From the NCBI RefSeq assembly GCF_018350175.1, contig NC_058368.1, positions 47,184,001-47,248,000 on the forward strand: DNA of 64,000 bases. Direction: 5' to 3'. Of this stretch, positions 46,061 through 58,508 are shown piece after piece (within the stretch, counting starts at the first letter, position 1; every line of letters begins with the position of its first letter). The DNA is from Felis catus. Taxonomy: Eukaryota. The position numbers were made by a program, and so were the translations under genes. Under the pieces are notes generated by a model, which saw only the letters and a list, made by a program, of their open reading frames with translations, was not told where the DNA came from and did no database searches.

Positions 46061-49000
46061 GCCGCCTGGCACTTTGTGTACTCCTCAGAATCCTTCAACT
46101 CTGTGAAGTGATTAGCTTCCCTGTTTCATAGATGAAATCTACAAGATCCCTTATGTGTCCTCCTTGGAGCTTCAAATGCACCCTACTCCAGGTCTGTGGT
46201 CCATGCCCTTTTCCTATACTTTTACCTTGGAGCAGCCGGAGCATTAACACATGGCCTCAGCTGGCTTTGAGTTCTCCTCAGGGCAACCTTGAGGAAAATG
46301 CACAGCCTCTAGAAAGAGCTTCTTTCAACTTCCCCATCCTCAACAGCAACACAGATACAGAGCTGACACTTTTTCACATTGTCCCTTCAGTGTCACTTAA
46401 AGAGGTCCAGGGAGGAATGAAATGTAAACCCCGGAGAGAAAACCCTCAGACAGTGGGAGGAGTTGGGAAAAGCTGATGGAGCCCTCTTAGCCTACACTCT
46501 TAAAGTTCAGCTTAGGTCTCTCCCCTCGAATGTTCCCATGTGCACTCAACAAATATGTCCTGGGGAGCCTTCATGTGCCTGAGTGGCCTGGCTGTGACCG
46601 TGTGTGTCATACCACTCAGAAGACATTTGTTCCCTACCTGAGAGCCTCCTGAAAACCAGCTCACATTCCTGAGTATCCTAGTTAATGATATTAGGTACAT
46701 TTTACAATTCTTGGTTTCTTAAATGTGTAACGGCTCAAACAGCCATTTCCAGTAGGTAGTCCTCTGTCAGACATACTCCTCCAGCGTCTCCTCAGGCCAG
46801 AAGCTCTCTGGAAATCATATTTCACTTCATCACAGAGTATTTTAAAAGTTTGATTCTGAGAATGAAGACAGAGAAGTCACTTGTGCCTTGGGAAGAGAAA
46901 TACATGAATCTGAATTTGAGGTTCAAGAAAATTTTTAGATCTTAGAATAGATTTCATAGATCATATGTACAAACAATGTTACCAAGAGTGTAAGTTTCGA
47001 AATCTTTAAAAATATTTAAATATAAACACTAAGAAAATCAACTAAAATGTAAGTTGCATTTTTTACGTCTCTCTTTGTTATCAATGTGTACATAAGCTGA
47101 GTAAGGAATAGAATCAGTTCTGTTTCATTTTAGAATTAACATGTCTTCCTTGTATCCAAGGCAGGCCTTAGGCAAGTTGGGAAGTAGAGGAAGTTGAATA
47201 TTTCAGAGCCCTTCAAGCCTGCATCCTGCCAGAAGGTATTCTAGAACCCATAAGCCAGAAACTTCCAAATACAAAATTAATTTCTCCTCCGCCCTTGAAT
47301 TTCTCTCCGTGTGCAACACCAAAAAAGCAGGTTAATACATTTGTGCACCAGAATTAACGATGACCAGGGCTGAGAGCACCATTCCATTTTACAGAGACCT
47401 TCAAAATCTAAAAAAGTGACTGATAGAGGTCTTCCAAAATTTTCAGGAGGGCAAATGAGGAAGATATTTTGTTAAAGGGGTCAAGGAAAGTCGGTCGCAG
47501 CCAAAAAAGTGAATTTGCATTTTTAATTAAAGAAAGATGGAAATTATACAGAAAAGTATTGTGGTCATAAAGTAAATAAAATACGGCTCATGGCAAAAAT
47601 GCACTTTTGTGTCATTCTCCTTTAGGTAACACATTATTTCCATGCAGTAACATATTTTTAGGAGAGGAGAAATCACCTTTTCCATCTCTTTTCCTATTTC
47701 ACATTAGAGTTTTTTCCAAGGTCGTTAAGATGAAAAAATGACAGTAGACTTTCTTATCAACAGCTTGTTCCAACAGATACAATACATGGGTTGGGGATCA
47801 AAAAGAGCATGAGAAGCATTTCTGCCAACATTGTAGAAAATATTGAACATCTGCTATATCTGGGATCCTGGGAGTTGTAATTATAATTTTTTGAAATCTG
47901 TACACAAGAGTTATAAATATTAGAACTGTAGCCTGTGATAGCCATGAAATATTTAACTTGTTTGGCAGGCTGAAGCAAAACTCATAAACTTAATTTAAGC
48001 AAGCCAAACACTATAGTTTCACCAATTTTACATCTTTCATGTCATTAGTTAGATAAATTAAAGCCAACCATAAAACAGCCTAGAGATTGCCGACTGGAAG
48101 TCCTAGGGGTATACCAAAAAAAAAAAAAAAAAAAGTATATTTTGAGAATTAACTCATTTCGTTGTCAGTTTACCTTTCCCAGTTATCCACACTTGTCAAA
48201 GACTCTGGTTTGCGGACACGGGACGAGTTGTTCAGCAATGGCTTCAGGGTAAGTCAAGAGCAAAGTAGACGTCAGGCATCTTAAGCAGGTTCACAACAGC
48301 CACAAAAAGAACGGAAGGCCACTGGTGATTTCCGCAAGCTTCGGCTCAATCCGTCAAACACCATCCACCACCCCGAGTGAAAGCCTTTCAAACCTGAGAA
48401 CAAAGCCCTGGTAAGTAGCTCTGTGCTGCTGTACCGGGTAAGCGGAGACGCTAAGAAGCAGAGAGAAACCAGGTCTCCCTCGTGTTAGCTCTGTGGCCTG
48501 GCTGCAGAAAGGCATATGGGCTAGAATATTCTACTGTGTCCATCTTACACGAGCCTTTTAGGTTGAACACGTGACAGCGATAACCCAGCCAACTTCACTG
48601 CCTATTTTTAAGTTAAAAGTACCATACAGTTAGCTTTCACACTGCCTCGTTCATACTCCTCCACACCCCCTACCCTCACTCCAGGCCCAGAATTCTCCCC
48701 AATAAGAAACTAAGGGTAAGTATAGTCACACTATAGATTTTGAATGAAAATCATCGATGATGCTACCATTTATTAAATAGCACTTTAGTTATATGATATC
48801 TTTTTGCAATTGAACCTCGAAGCAATCCTGTTTATGACTATATGTAAGTGACTTTTACAAATCAAAAAAAATAAATAGCCCCAGGAAAGCTGGGAGATGT
48901 GCCCACAACCACACAGCTGACAGCACTGAGCCTAGTCCTCAGGTGTCCTGAGACTTGGTGCGGCACTCCCGTCACAAGGGAGGCACCTCATTCACAGAAT

Positions 49001-49689
49001 TTCTGCTCGACGGGCGTCTGGAAGCAGGACGGAGCTGAGCAACTCCAAGTCCAGAGCCCTGCTGGTGGGGTTTCCAGGACTCACGGCTTCCCTCCTCCTG
49101 GCCCTTCTCTACGCCCTGGCGCTTTTTAGATTCAGCATCTCTATTAAAACTTCCTACTCCTCTTTCCCTGCCTTGTCTCCCTCTCTTAACCCCTACAAAG
49201 GACTGAAACTGGCTGTCAGCTCTGGGGCTTGCCACAGTCATAGCAGCCTTTGTTAACAAGTTAAGAATCTACAGGAATCCCCTCTTTGCTGTCTCTACAC
49301 TCTGTACATGAGAGCAATCAAATGGATCAGCTGGAAACCCCTAGCTGCGAATGCATAAAAGAGCAAATGAATAGGAAAGTTCAAACGAGATATTTCACTG
49401 AAACATCCTGCTGATCCCGTTTTATTCTGCATTTAAGAAAATAATACCCATGCCCAAACAGCCTCTTTCTCCCTGAACTAGAGGGTTGATATCACACAGA
49501 CTGTCTACACAGGGGAACCAATTCAAGGCAGAACTGAAAGTTCCAGTTCAATGCAATCAGCCCATGTCATATGTCTGGGGCCCATCCAGCGGGCTGCGAA
49601 TGTAAAAGAGCCGATGTGCGCTGCCAGTGGCCCACACAGGCAGGAACTGATGCCTGAGGTTCGCTTGAATGGGAAACGAGGTTAAGGTT

Positions 49690-49870
49690 TTCTCAGTGTC
49701 TCCTATGTGCCAGGTACTGTGCAAGGCTTTCTGTGTATGTTTCTTCATTCGTTTTTACAGTAAGCTAATGGGATAGATCTTAGTATTAGTACCCCCCTTA
49801 CGAACAGACATTAAGTCAGTTCCTTAAGATTAAAAAGTTAGTAAGTGGACGATATAAATATTGTATGCAA
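49690..49870 (-). mobile_element. MIR remnant
   Basis: ctcctatgtgccaggtactgtgcaaggcttt...ttagtaagtgg. Confidence 0.6.
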
Positions 49871-52351
49871 ATATGTAGCAAATGGAAACTTTAGGGAGAT
49901 CTACATTCAACTCACCCCTGAGAACTGTGGATTTCTTGGCCTGCCTTGACTCAGGACACAGAGCCAAGATGACAAGGAATAAGCTATTTAGGCTCTCCTA
50001 GTGGTTCCCACATTCTTGGACAGCTGTGAAGATGCTAAAAACAATCAGGTGTTAGTTCTAGGGGAGTCCCCACAAACTGCTTCTCCAGTTCCTCCCCGCA
50101 GTCCCCCCAAAATAGTCATGGTCCCTGGAGGTCATGGGGAATGTGGTCCTGCCTCCTATGACCAAGTGGTGAGGAACGTGACAAAGCTGGGCTGCAGAAA
50201 CAAGGGACCTTGTCCTCCTCCTTGTCTTCCTTTTAATCTTCATCAGGGATAAAGCACACACACAAAAAAAGGATCAGCTTCAAGGCTCAAAGATTTTCAA
50301 ACAGGGTAATTAAAAGTCATAAATGTTATGATTTGACATTATTTTTCTTTTACAAAGAATAAAAAATGGGAAATTCCAACAGCTTTGCAGAGGCATTCAA
50401 CTCAGTTCCCGCTGGTAATTGAAAACTCCAGTTCTGCTGCACTGGGACCGAGGCTTCTTGCCCACAGGAGGGCATCACCTCTGATTACACAGACAGGTTC
50501 AAGGTTCTGAGAGGCCCGATGGATGAGTGCCAGGAGAAAGCAGAGCAGGAGTACTTAGCGAGACCTGCAGCGTGTGGGCGGTCAGGTGCCTGGGTGCTGA
50601 CACCTTGCCGCTTTGATTCTCTGGCTGCACACAGGCAGTGTAGACTCAGGAAACCTTTCCGGGGCCGCGTGTGAAAGGGAAAGCTGTTACTCTTCCAAGA
50701 CTGAATAGTGACAGAATCAACTCCACCAGGACCCCAGATCAAGCCGCCCTGTCCTGTGGGAACCGCATTTTCCTCTAAGATTGCTGGGCTTGTTTACATG
50801 TGTTTTATTCTGAGCTACAGTAATCTGTTCACAAGAGACAGAAATCCTGGTAAATCAATCCTTAAAGCCTGTTGACATTTGTCCACTTGGCAGATCATAA
50901 AAGCCCCTTGAAAATCACAGGAGAAAATGTGTAAACCGCTTACCAAATTATATGATGTAAACGCCAAGAGAAGGCGTTCTGCAGGATAAGATCACTGAAT
51001 CGTGACTGCCTTCCGAATGTAACTTTATTTTGGTCTTGGGTTATATGTGAGGAGTTGCCAAGATCAACTGAAAGAGAGACAAAGATATATAAATGCAGCC
51101 CAAAAGCTGACTTTTAAGTTCTGTGTCTTCAAAAAGACTGGAGATTCTTTATGAGATGTAGTTTCGCATAAACAATCTTTGCTAACAAGAGTTTTCCCCA
51201 AGTATCAGTTAAATTTTAACTAGTTCCCTGTAAATGTTGTGTTGAGTGCCAGAAATAATGTCAGAGTTTTGAAAGACAAAACTAGAACTAGAGGAAGCTT
51301 CGTGGCATAAACACACAGAGAAAATACCCTGGAATGGTTGGTGGCAATCAGACTGAGAGGGGCTGAGTTCAAGGGTACCGCCACCACTTTCCCCAGATGT
51401 CTCCAGAGAGACTTCTCAGAAGACTTGAAGAGGAATGTAATAGAATAATTACGCATGAAGCCATGGTAATAATGTCCTGATAACAGTGTAGGTAAATATC
51501 TACCACAAGCCGTTATACCTGAATGGAGGTGTATCCCAGGCTCTATGAGCAATCAGGTCCAAAGTCTGAAACCCTCTTAATGGATCAGGTAATCTCTCTA
51601 AATTCCATTTCAAACCTTTGCCTCAGTTGCCTAACAATTAACTGCTTGTATTTGAATCTTCCGTAAAAACAGTGTTAGTTTCATGACATCTCTTCACTGT
51701 TTCACACATCGTACTAGATGTTCAGCTGGAAGGGAGAAGCGAGTGTTTCTCATGAATGCTGCCAGGTATACTTGGGCAAGGAATTCCCTTAATGTTCATG
51801 CATGCCTTGCATCTACAATAAAGCTGATGGTTAAGGAGTAGCTCCCAGGTCTCCACTATAACAGGAAGCCCTTCATGTGTGGAGAGCTCTTATGGACAGG
51901 AGAGGTGTGACCTCCTTCTGTGAGAAGAAGCTGGGCAGGTTTAGTACTATCCAGGGACCCCACCTCTTTCTCCAGGTGAGAGTTATAAATATGCTCCCTG
52001 GCCTCCAGGAAGGGTTTGCTAATGGTTTGTAAGACCAGTGACTCGGTTCTTCTACAACGCACGTGCAGGTGCATATCACACCACCACAGGATCTCACATG
52101 GATAAGGAGCCTTCCCCGGGAACTGATTCAACATCCTCTTGAATGCACATATTCTGTCTCTGGTACGTTCACGCAAGTCTCATCCAGCCTGTGAAGACAA
52201 GGAATGTTAATCCCCGAGGCAGCCCTTTTCAGCTTTGGACAGGTCTAACTCTCCAAAACTGATTTTTCTGAATAACCCTTAGCATTAGTTTAATTTCCTA
52301 ATAAGGATATTTTTATTTCATGGCATCCTAAATAAGAAATGCAATCCCCTC

Positions 52352-52577
52352 GGGGCACCTGGGTGGCTCAGTCGGTTAAGCGTCCAACTTCCGCTCAGGT
52401 CACGACCTCATGGTTCCATGAGTTCGAGCCCCACATCGGGCTCTGTGCTGAAGGCTCAGAGCCTGGAGCCTGCCTCAGAGTCTGTGTCTCCCTCTCTCTC
52501 TGCCCTTCCCCTGCTTATGCTCTTACTGTCAAAAATAAATAAATATTTTAAAAAAATGTTTTTTTAATTTTTAAAAC
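52352..52577 (+). mobile_element. Can-SINE (SINEC_Fc type)
   Basis: ggggcacctgggtggctcagtcggttaag head; TSD aagaa(a/c)tgcaatcccctc. Confidence 0.96.
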
Positions 52578-53786
52578 AAGAACTGCAATCCCCTCTTCCT
52601 GAAATAGGGAGCAGAAGTCAGGAAAGAGCCAGCATTTGTGTGTGACTTTGGGAGACTTTTCCTCGCCATTCGTCTCAGTTCAGGAGAAGAGACAGCATCT
52701 AGCATGCAAGCGGCTGCCCCTGCCTGGCGTCTTGGTTTAGGGGGTTCCATGGCCTGCCCCGGTAGGAGCAGATCCTACTGTGGTTCTTTGCAGTTTTCTC
52801 ACATGTCAATTGTGCTACCTCTACTGATGGAAGAGGTTTTCAAATGTAATCTAGATGATGTGTTCCACTTATCCTGTCTTCATTCCACATACATTTGGTG
52901 GGTGACTATAATTATATGTCAGTTTCACATTCTGTGGTGATTAAGACACAAACGCCTCTCTTCAAAGAGGTGATTGTCTAGATGAGTAAACAGGCAGGTC
53001 TCGTACCTCATGATTAGGACAAGAGCTCCACAAAAGGTCTCCCACCCTGTAAAAGTGCTCCTGGGGGATCTGATGTCTGGGAGAACCAAGCAATAGGCAA
53101 GTAAGCAGGGAACAACAGAATGTCTCCCAAGCAAAGGGAATAGACTTTATAAAAGACCAACGTGGGGCGAGCATGATATTTTCCTGGAACCACATAGAAC
53201 ATGGTTTCTATGTGGATAGGAGAAAATGTTTGTTAACATCCTCTGCATATAAGACATGTGTATGGACAGCTGAGTCGCCATGATGTTGAGAAAGAAGGGA
53301 CAGTTTTTTCTTGAAACAGAGGAAATGCTACAGACCAGAGCTGGCAGTAATCCTGAGAAAGTACAGTTTATCACTCATTGGTAATGTTTAGAAATTTCTG
53401 AAGAAAAGTATGTACTGAGCTGGAATTATGGAGTTTTAGGGTAATTTCTAGGACCGACATTCATGTAGGACCCACTATGTGTCAGGTGCTATGTATATAT
53501 ATAATGTATTTGATCCTCATGCTTATAAGGAAATTGCTGCTTTCTTCAGATAAACTACCTGGGAGCTCCCAGTTTGATTCAGGACAGAGAGGGTGCCTCC
53601 ATCAGGATTCCTGGCTCATTAGCTTTTGTCACCAGTGTCCTGGCCTCTTAGAGGTGCAAGTTCCTCTGACCCTCAGCCTTTCTTTTATTACCCTGTGGCA
53701 CTGCTGAGATACAGCTGGAATGTTTAAAAAGAATAACTAAGGCCATGGGGACAACAAAAGGAAAACAAACAGAATAACATGAACAC

Positions 53787-53802
53787 TAAATAAATAAATA
53801 GA

Positions 53803-53841
<39 letters not shown>
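53787..53841. repeat. (TAAA)n microsatellite
   Basis: Read directly; one TAGA interruption. Confidence 0.95.
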
Positions 53842-53920
53842 GACATGTGTATGATGTGCTCTGCACAAAAGACTTTATGCATTAAACCGTGTGTTGGTGT
53901 TTAAGTTATACTTGAATATT

Positions 53921-54137
53921 GGGCGCCTGGGTGGCTCAGTCAGTTGAGCGTCTGACTTTGGCTCAGGTCATGATCTCACAGTTCATGAGTTCAAGCCCCA
54001 CATTGGGCTCTCTGCTGACAGCTCAGAGCCTGGAGCCTGCTTCAGATTCTGTGTCTCCCTCTCTCTCTGCCCCTCCCCTGATCATGCTTTGTCTCTCCTT
54101 CTCCTTCAAAAATAAACATTAAAAATATATATTTTTA
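53921..54137 (+). mobile_element. Can-SINE (SINEC_Fc type)
   Basis: gggcgcctgggtggctcag head; TSD aagtta(t/c)acttgaatatt. Confidence 0.96.
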
Positions 54138-54432
54138 AAGTTACACTTGAATATTAAAGATTAAAATAAAATATGCTAACTTATCCAGAAAGGAAGCACT
54201 GAGATATAAAGATAAAATGTTGTTGTGGCTTTGTGGCACTCACAGTCTGGTGGAGGCAGTATTTTTTTTAACTTGTATTTAGTCTAAAGCATCATGACCA
54301 AATAGTAACACTGGATATTTAGTTAAGTGGAAAGTTTTTGAATTATTTTCAGTAATTGGGTCTAATAAATAGTCTTATGAGACAGAAACCCAAAATAGAA
54401 ATCTCCTACTTCTACTTGTGATGTTCTTTCTC

Positions 54433-54467
54433 TTTTTTTTTTTTTAATTTTTCAATGTTCATTTATT

Positions 54468-54516
<49 letters not shown>

Positions 54517-54680
54517 ATGAGCAGAAGAGGGGCAAAGAGAGAGGGAGACACAGAATCCGAAGCAGGCTCCAGGCTCTGAGCTGTCAGCACAAAGCCAGCC
54601 ACAGGGCTCAAACCCACAAACTGTGAGATCATGACCTGAGCTGAAGTCAGATGCTTATCCGACTGAGCCACCCGCGCCCC
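54433..54680 (-). mobile_element. Can-SINE (SINEC_Fc type) with long (GA)n
   Basis: T-tail, (GA)n, ends gagccacccgcgcccc; TSD tctttctc. Confidence 0.95.
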
Positions 54681-55102
54681 TCTTTCTCCTCTTAATAGAA
54701 AATGGCAATAGTAATCAAAAATAGTTAAGTCCTGTCCTTGAATGTTAACTGAAAACCAAAATGTATTCTGGCCAGTGATTAGCTCAATGATTGTTCCTTC
54801 TTTTGACCTTTGAGAGGCTCTACAGAGGTAAAAAGATAATGAGCTGAACTGAGTTGGAGGGAAGACTGATGTGTGTAGAGTGTGGACATAGCAAGGAACA
54901 GGATATAGGAAGTAGCTCCCCAGAAGAATATTCTGAAAAGGAAGGAAACCATCTCTGGCAGTTAAATGTTTACCAAGAAAGGAAAACTAGTGGACAACAG
55001 TAAGGAGAAGGAAAATTTGACTAAAACAAATGTTCTGGATTCTACTTAAAACCTCTCCTGGCCCCTATTCAAGGAATGTTTTCTTAAAATCTTATTTTAA
55101 AC

Positions 55103-55316
55103 CAAAGTTTCTCATCATTGGCACGATTGACAGTTAAGGCCAGGTAAGTGTTTGTTACAGGGCTGATTGTAGAACATTTACCAGCATCCCTGGCTTCTAT
55201 CCACTACATGTCAGGGGCACCCCCCCCCAAAACACTCCACTTGTGACAAACAAAATGTCTCCAAATATGCCTAATGTCCTATGGGGAGCAAAATTGACTT
55301 GCTTCAAGAACCACTG
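55103..55316 (-). mobile_element. MER20 hAT-Charlie MITE
   Basis: ggcacgattgacag...agcatccctggcttctatccacta...ttgtgacaaacaaaatgtctcca...aatgtcctatggggagcaaaatt...agaaccactg; 8-bp TSD-like ttttaaac/acttaaac. Confidence 0.88.
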
Positions 55317-55474
55317 ACTTAAACTATCAGGTACAAGGAAGCAGAACATAGTCAAAAGAATTTAATGAGATAATGGAAGGGATCCTTGCAGCAAATATTA
55401 TTGTAACCCCACTATTGCAGATTGTAAATGTTCCCCCCAAGTTCTTAACCTGAATAACCTTTAGAATCTGTTTG

Positions 55475-55523
55475 ACACACATACACATACGCAAACACAC
55501 ACACATACACACACACACACACA
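55475..55523. repeat. Imperfect (CA)n microsatellite
   Basis: Read directly. Confidence 0.9.
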
Positions 55524-55729
55524 AATGGAGATTTTTCCTAACCATCTTTATATTGTGTTAATACTAAGAAATAAGTTGGCATTCTGTAATATAAAAATTA
55601 AATGGATCTCCAAATCAGCTTCCCGGGGTTTCAGAATAATTTCATGTTACCATATCAGCGTAGGAAAAAAAAAATGTATCTCATCAAAACTATTCCAGAA
55701 GCACCTCATTTTGATAGGAAAGTACTTTG

Positions 55730-56000
55730 TGATGATTACCTAATAGGCAGCATTTGTTGAAATGCTTTTAATAGACCTTTTTTATCACATGCAAAAGAAT
55801 TTCAATGCTAGTTCAGTCTCCTGTTTCATTCTGTCATGAATCAATTTGTAGAGACATTTAGAAGTCAATAATCCACTGCAGCTTTGATGACAGGTGATTA
55901 ATTTCTACATTTTAGAGACATAATAAGATTTAGCAATAAAAAGGCCTTGAAGTAACCTACCAAACAGCTTTAATCTCAGCCTTGGGACTGTTGCTAAATA
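55730..56000. promoter_or_regulatory. Candidate TALE/HOX/TCF enhancer module
   Basis: CTGTCATGAATCA (55831-55843) and CTTTGATGACAGGTGATTAAT (55882-55902); inference only. Confidence 0.4.
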
Positions 56001-56868
56001 TGAATGCTTGTACACAAATGTGAATGATTTAAGTTAGTAGGTTTTATTGCAGACTCCTTGTGTTTTCATATTAATCTTGCTTTACAATCAGGCTATCTAT
56101 ACAATCAATTTATGTTGGATATTTTTTCCAACACAATGCTTGGAAGGAGGAGGGGGCTAACAAATTATTTACACACAAAGGGTTTGTTCTACAAAAGAAG
56201 TCATTTTACCTGCTTATTGCTGAGGGGATGACTGATTTTATTGGCGTAGCAAAGAAAGAGAAAAAAGAAGTGAAGGTGGCCTTCAGAGAGAGGATAGGTT
56301 CAGGAAATGGATGGCGATGAACAGTGAACAATAGCTCACCCTTCCTTCCAAATAATCAGCCGCTGTCTTCCTCGGAATGCCTTTCCTTCCATCTTTTTTA
56401 TTCTTAAAATTAACAGAGGCCACAGAGTAGTTTCTAACCCTTATGAAAATATTTCTACAAATTCAAGTGCTGATTTAAAAAAAGAAAAAAAAAGGGGAAA
56501 GTTAATCTAACCTAGAAAGAAGAATTCACCTTCTACACTGAGGGATGCTAACTACCCAGATATGGACGTTTGTTTAAAAATAATTATAAATGAAGACGGA
56601 TACATTTGTGTTCTACATAATTTATCATTTCTGACCAACAGATGATACCTTCTTAGAAAACACTAAGTATTCCGAAGGCAGATGTTCCCATTTCAGTCAC
56701 GTTGTGCCGTGCTTGTTAAATCTCAGTAGCTGGACATTTCACTTTGTTCTGACATGTTTGTGATGTAAGTGGAGGGTCATGGCCGAAAGTCTTTATGGAA
56801 GAAATATGGGTTTTTTTTTCTTTCCGAAGGAAATGACTAGAAAAGTGTTGGGTGCTTAACACACATAC

Positions 56869-56900
<32 letters not shown>

Positions 56901-57174
56901 GCCTGCATGCTTCTGGGAAAGATCCAAGAACAAGACCTGGAGACAAAAATAAAAGACTTCTCAGGAGACCACCCAACTAACCAAAACTCAAACTCACCTG
57001 CCATTACTGTGCCCTTTCCCTTCTCCCAACCACCATGATCCAAATTTTGTTTTCCTCATTATTCTTCTTGTTTTAAAGATTAGACATCTGCTATTATCTT
57101 TAATTCGTTCTCTTTTTTTTAATCCAAACTTTAGCATGTCTCCCACTAAATGTTTCTTAAGATAGCTCCTTCTA

Positions 57175-57400
57175 GGGGCGCCTGGGTAGCACAGTCGATT
57201 AAGCGTCCGACTTCAGCCAGGTCACGATCTCACGGTCCGGGAGTTCGAGCCCCGCGTCGGGCTCTGGGCTGATGGCTCAGAGCCTGGAGACTGTTTCCGA
57301 TTCTGTGTCTCCCTCTCTCTCTGCCCCTACCCCGTTCATGCTCTGTCTCTTTCTGTCCCAAAAATAAAATAAACTTTGAAAAAAAAATTAAAAAAAAAAA
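57175..57400 (+). mobile_element. Young Can-SINE (CpG-rich felid subfamily)
   Basis: 15-bp TSD AAGATAGCTCCTTCT at 57159-57173 and 57401-57415; diagnostic ttcagccaggtcacgatctc and ctgggctgatggctcag. Confidence 0.97.
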
Positions 57401-57594
57401 AAGATAGCTCCTTCTTTTTCCCTCTTTTAGGGCATTAAGTCCCTCTATCTTATCTCAGCCCCTCAAGTGGGCTTCACCGCCCCCAGCCTTACCCTGACCA
57501 CCTTCCTATACATTTGCAATGCTTCTGCCAGACTAACCTTCCTGCAGGACCTTCCCACAGGACCCCTTGCCTGCCTGTTTGCTTTTTTAGGTCA

Positions 57595-57900
57595 TTTGCA
57601 CATTCAAGGAGCATGTCTGAGCAATTAATACATGCTGAGTGCTATGGTAGGGACTAGGAATTTAAACATGAAGAAACATGGTGTCTTCATTTAAATAGCT
57701 CAAATCTACCCAGAGAGACCGACACAAAAATAACTAGCAGAGTGCTAAGTGCTATAACAAATCTGTACATATGTAGTCGCCAAGTGTAGTAGGTACTACA
57801 GTTGAAGTTGTTATTATTAACACCTCCTAAGGAGAAGACATCAGGGCTGAACCCTGCCAAATCTTACCAGGCAGAGAAAGGCTATCCAGACAGAGCAAAT
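57595..57900 (-). mobile_element. Old L2 3' fragment
   Basis: cattcaaggagcatgtctgagc...gtgctatggtagggactagg...catggtgtcttca...gtgctaagtgctata. Confidence 0.55.
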
Positions 57901-57978
57901 AATAAAGTCAACACACAGAGTCACCCTTTCCTTAAGATGTGTAGATAGGCAGATAGATTATGGAGAGATGAGAGATGA

Positions 57979-57979
57979 T

Positions 57980-58023
<44 letters not shown>

Positions 58024-58041
58024 GATAAAGATAGATGATAG
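57979..58041. repeat. (GATA)n microsatellite
   Basis: Read directly. Confidence 0.93.
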
Positions 58042-58295
58042 AGGGGTTTTCTCCTGACTCTCTTGCTCTCTCCTCCCATCTCCTCATCTCTTGCAAATCC
58101 CTTGAAAGATGAGTCTATGTTTTTGCCTTCCCACTTGCTTCCCAGCTCACCACTCTGCTGACATGCTTGCCACCCCTTAAAAATCTAAGTGGCCTCCCAG
58201 ATGCCAAATAGAAGCATTCTTTTCCATCCTCATCTCACGGGACCACTCTTGCACTAAAAACTTTTGTGTGTGCCCTCATTTTAAAAGCTCTTTAT

Positions 58296-58508
58296 GGGGT
58301 GCCTGGGTGGTGCAGTCGGTTAAGCGTCCGGCTTCAGCCAGGTCACGATCTCGCGGTCCATGAGTTCGAGCCCCACGTCAGGCTCTGGGCTGATGGCTCA
58401 GAGCCTGGAGCCTGTTTCAGAATCTGTGTCTCCCTCTCTCTCTGCCCCTCCCCCGTTCATGCTCTGTCTCTCTCTGTCCTAAAAATAAATAAACGTTGAA
58501 AAAAAAAA
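58296..58508 (+). mobile_element. Young Can-SINE (same subfamily as 24739 and 57175 copies)
   Basis: TSD AAAAGCTCTTTAT at 58283-58295 and 58509-58521; same diagnostic positions. Confidence 0.97.

Noticed and set aside
45540..46111. A real APOA4 gene or processed pseudogene; other overlapping ORFs
   Set aside because: Only ~59 codons are similar, embedded in LTR sequence, with no other exons, poly-A tail or APOA1/APOC3 neighbours; other frames resemble nothing I recognise
49916..50191. Minus-strand 276-nt segment with good acceptor (50192-50193) and GGG|GTGAGT donor
   Set aside because: Stop codons in all three frames, so not a coding exon; no other support
56868..56895. Isolated long A-run as an extremely truncated retro-insertion (also ~48116-48134)
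   Set aside because: No flanking TSD or element sequence visible
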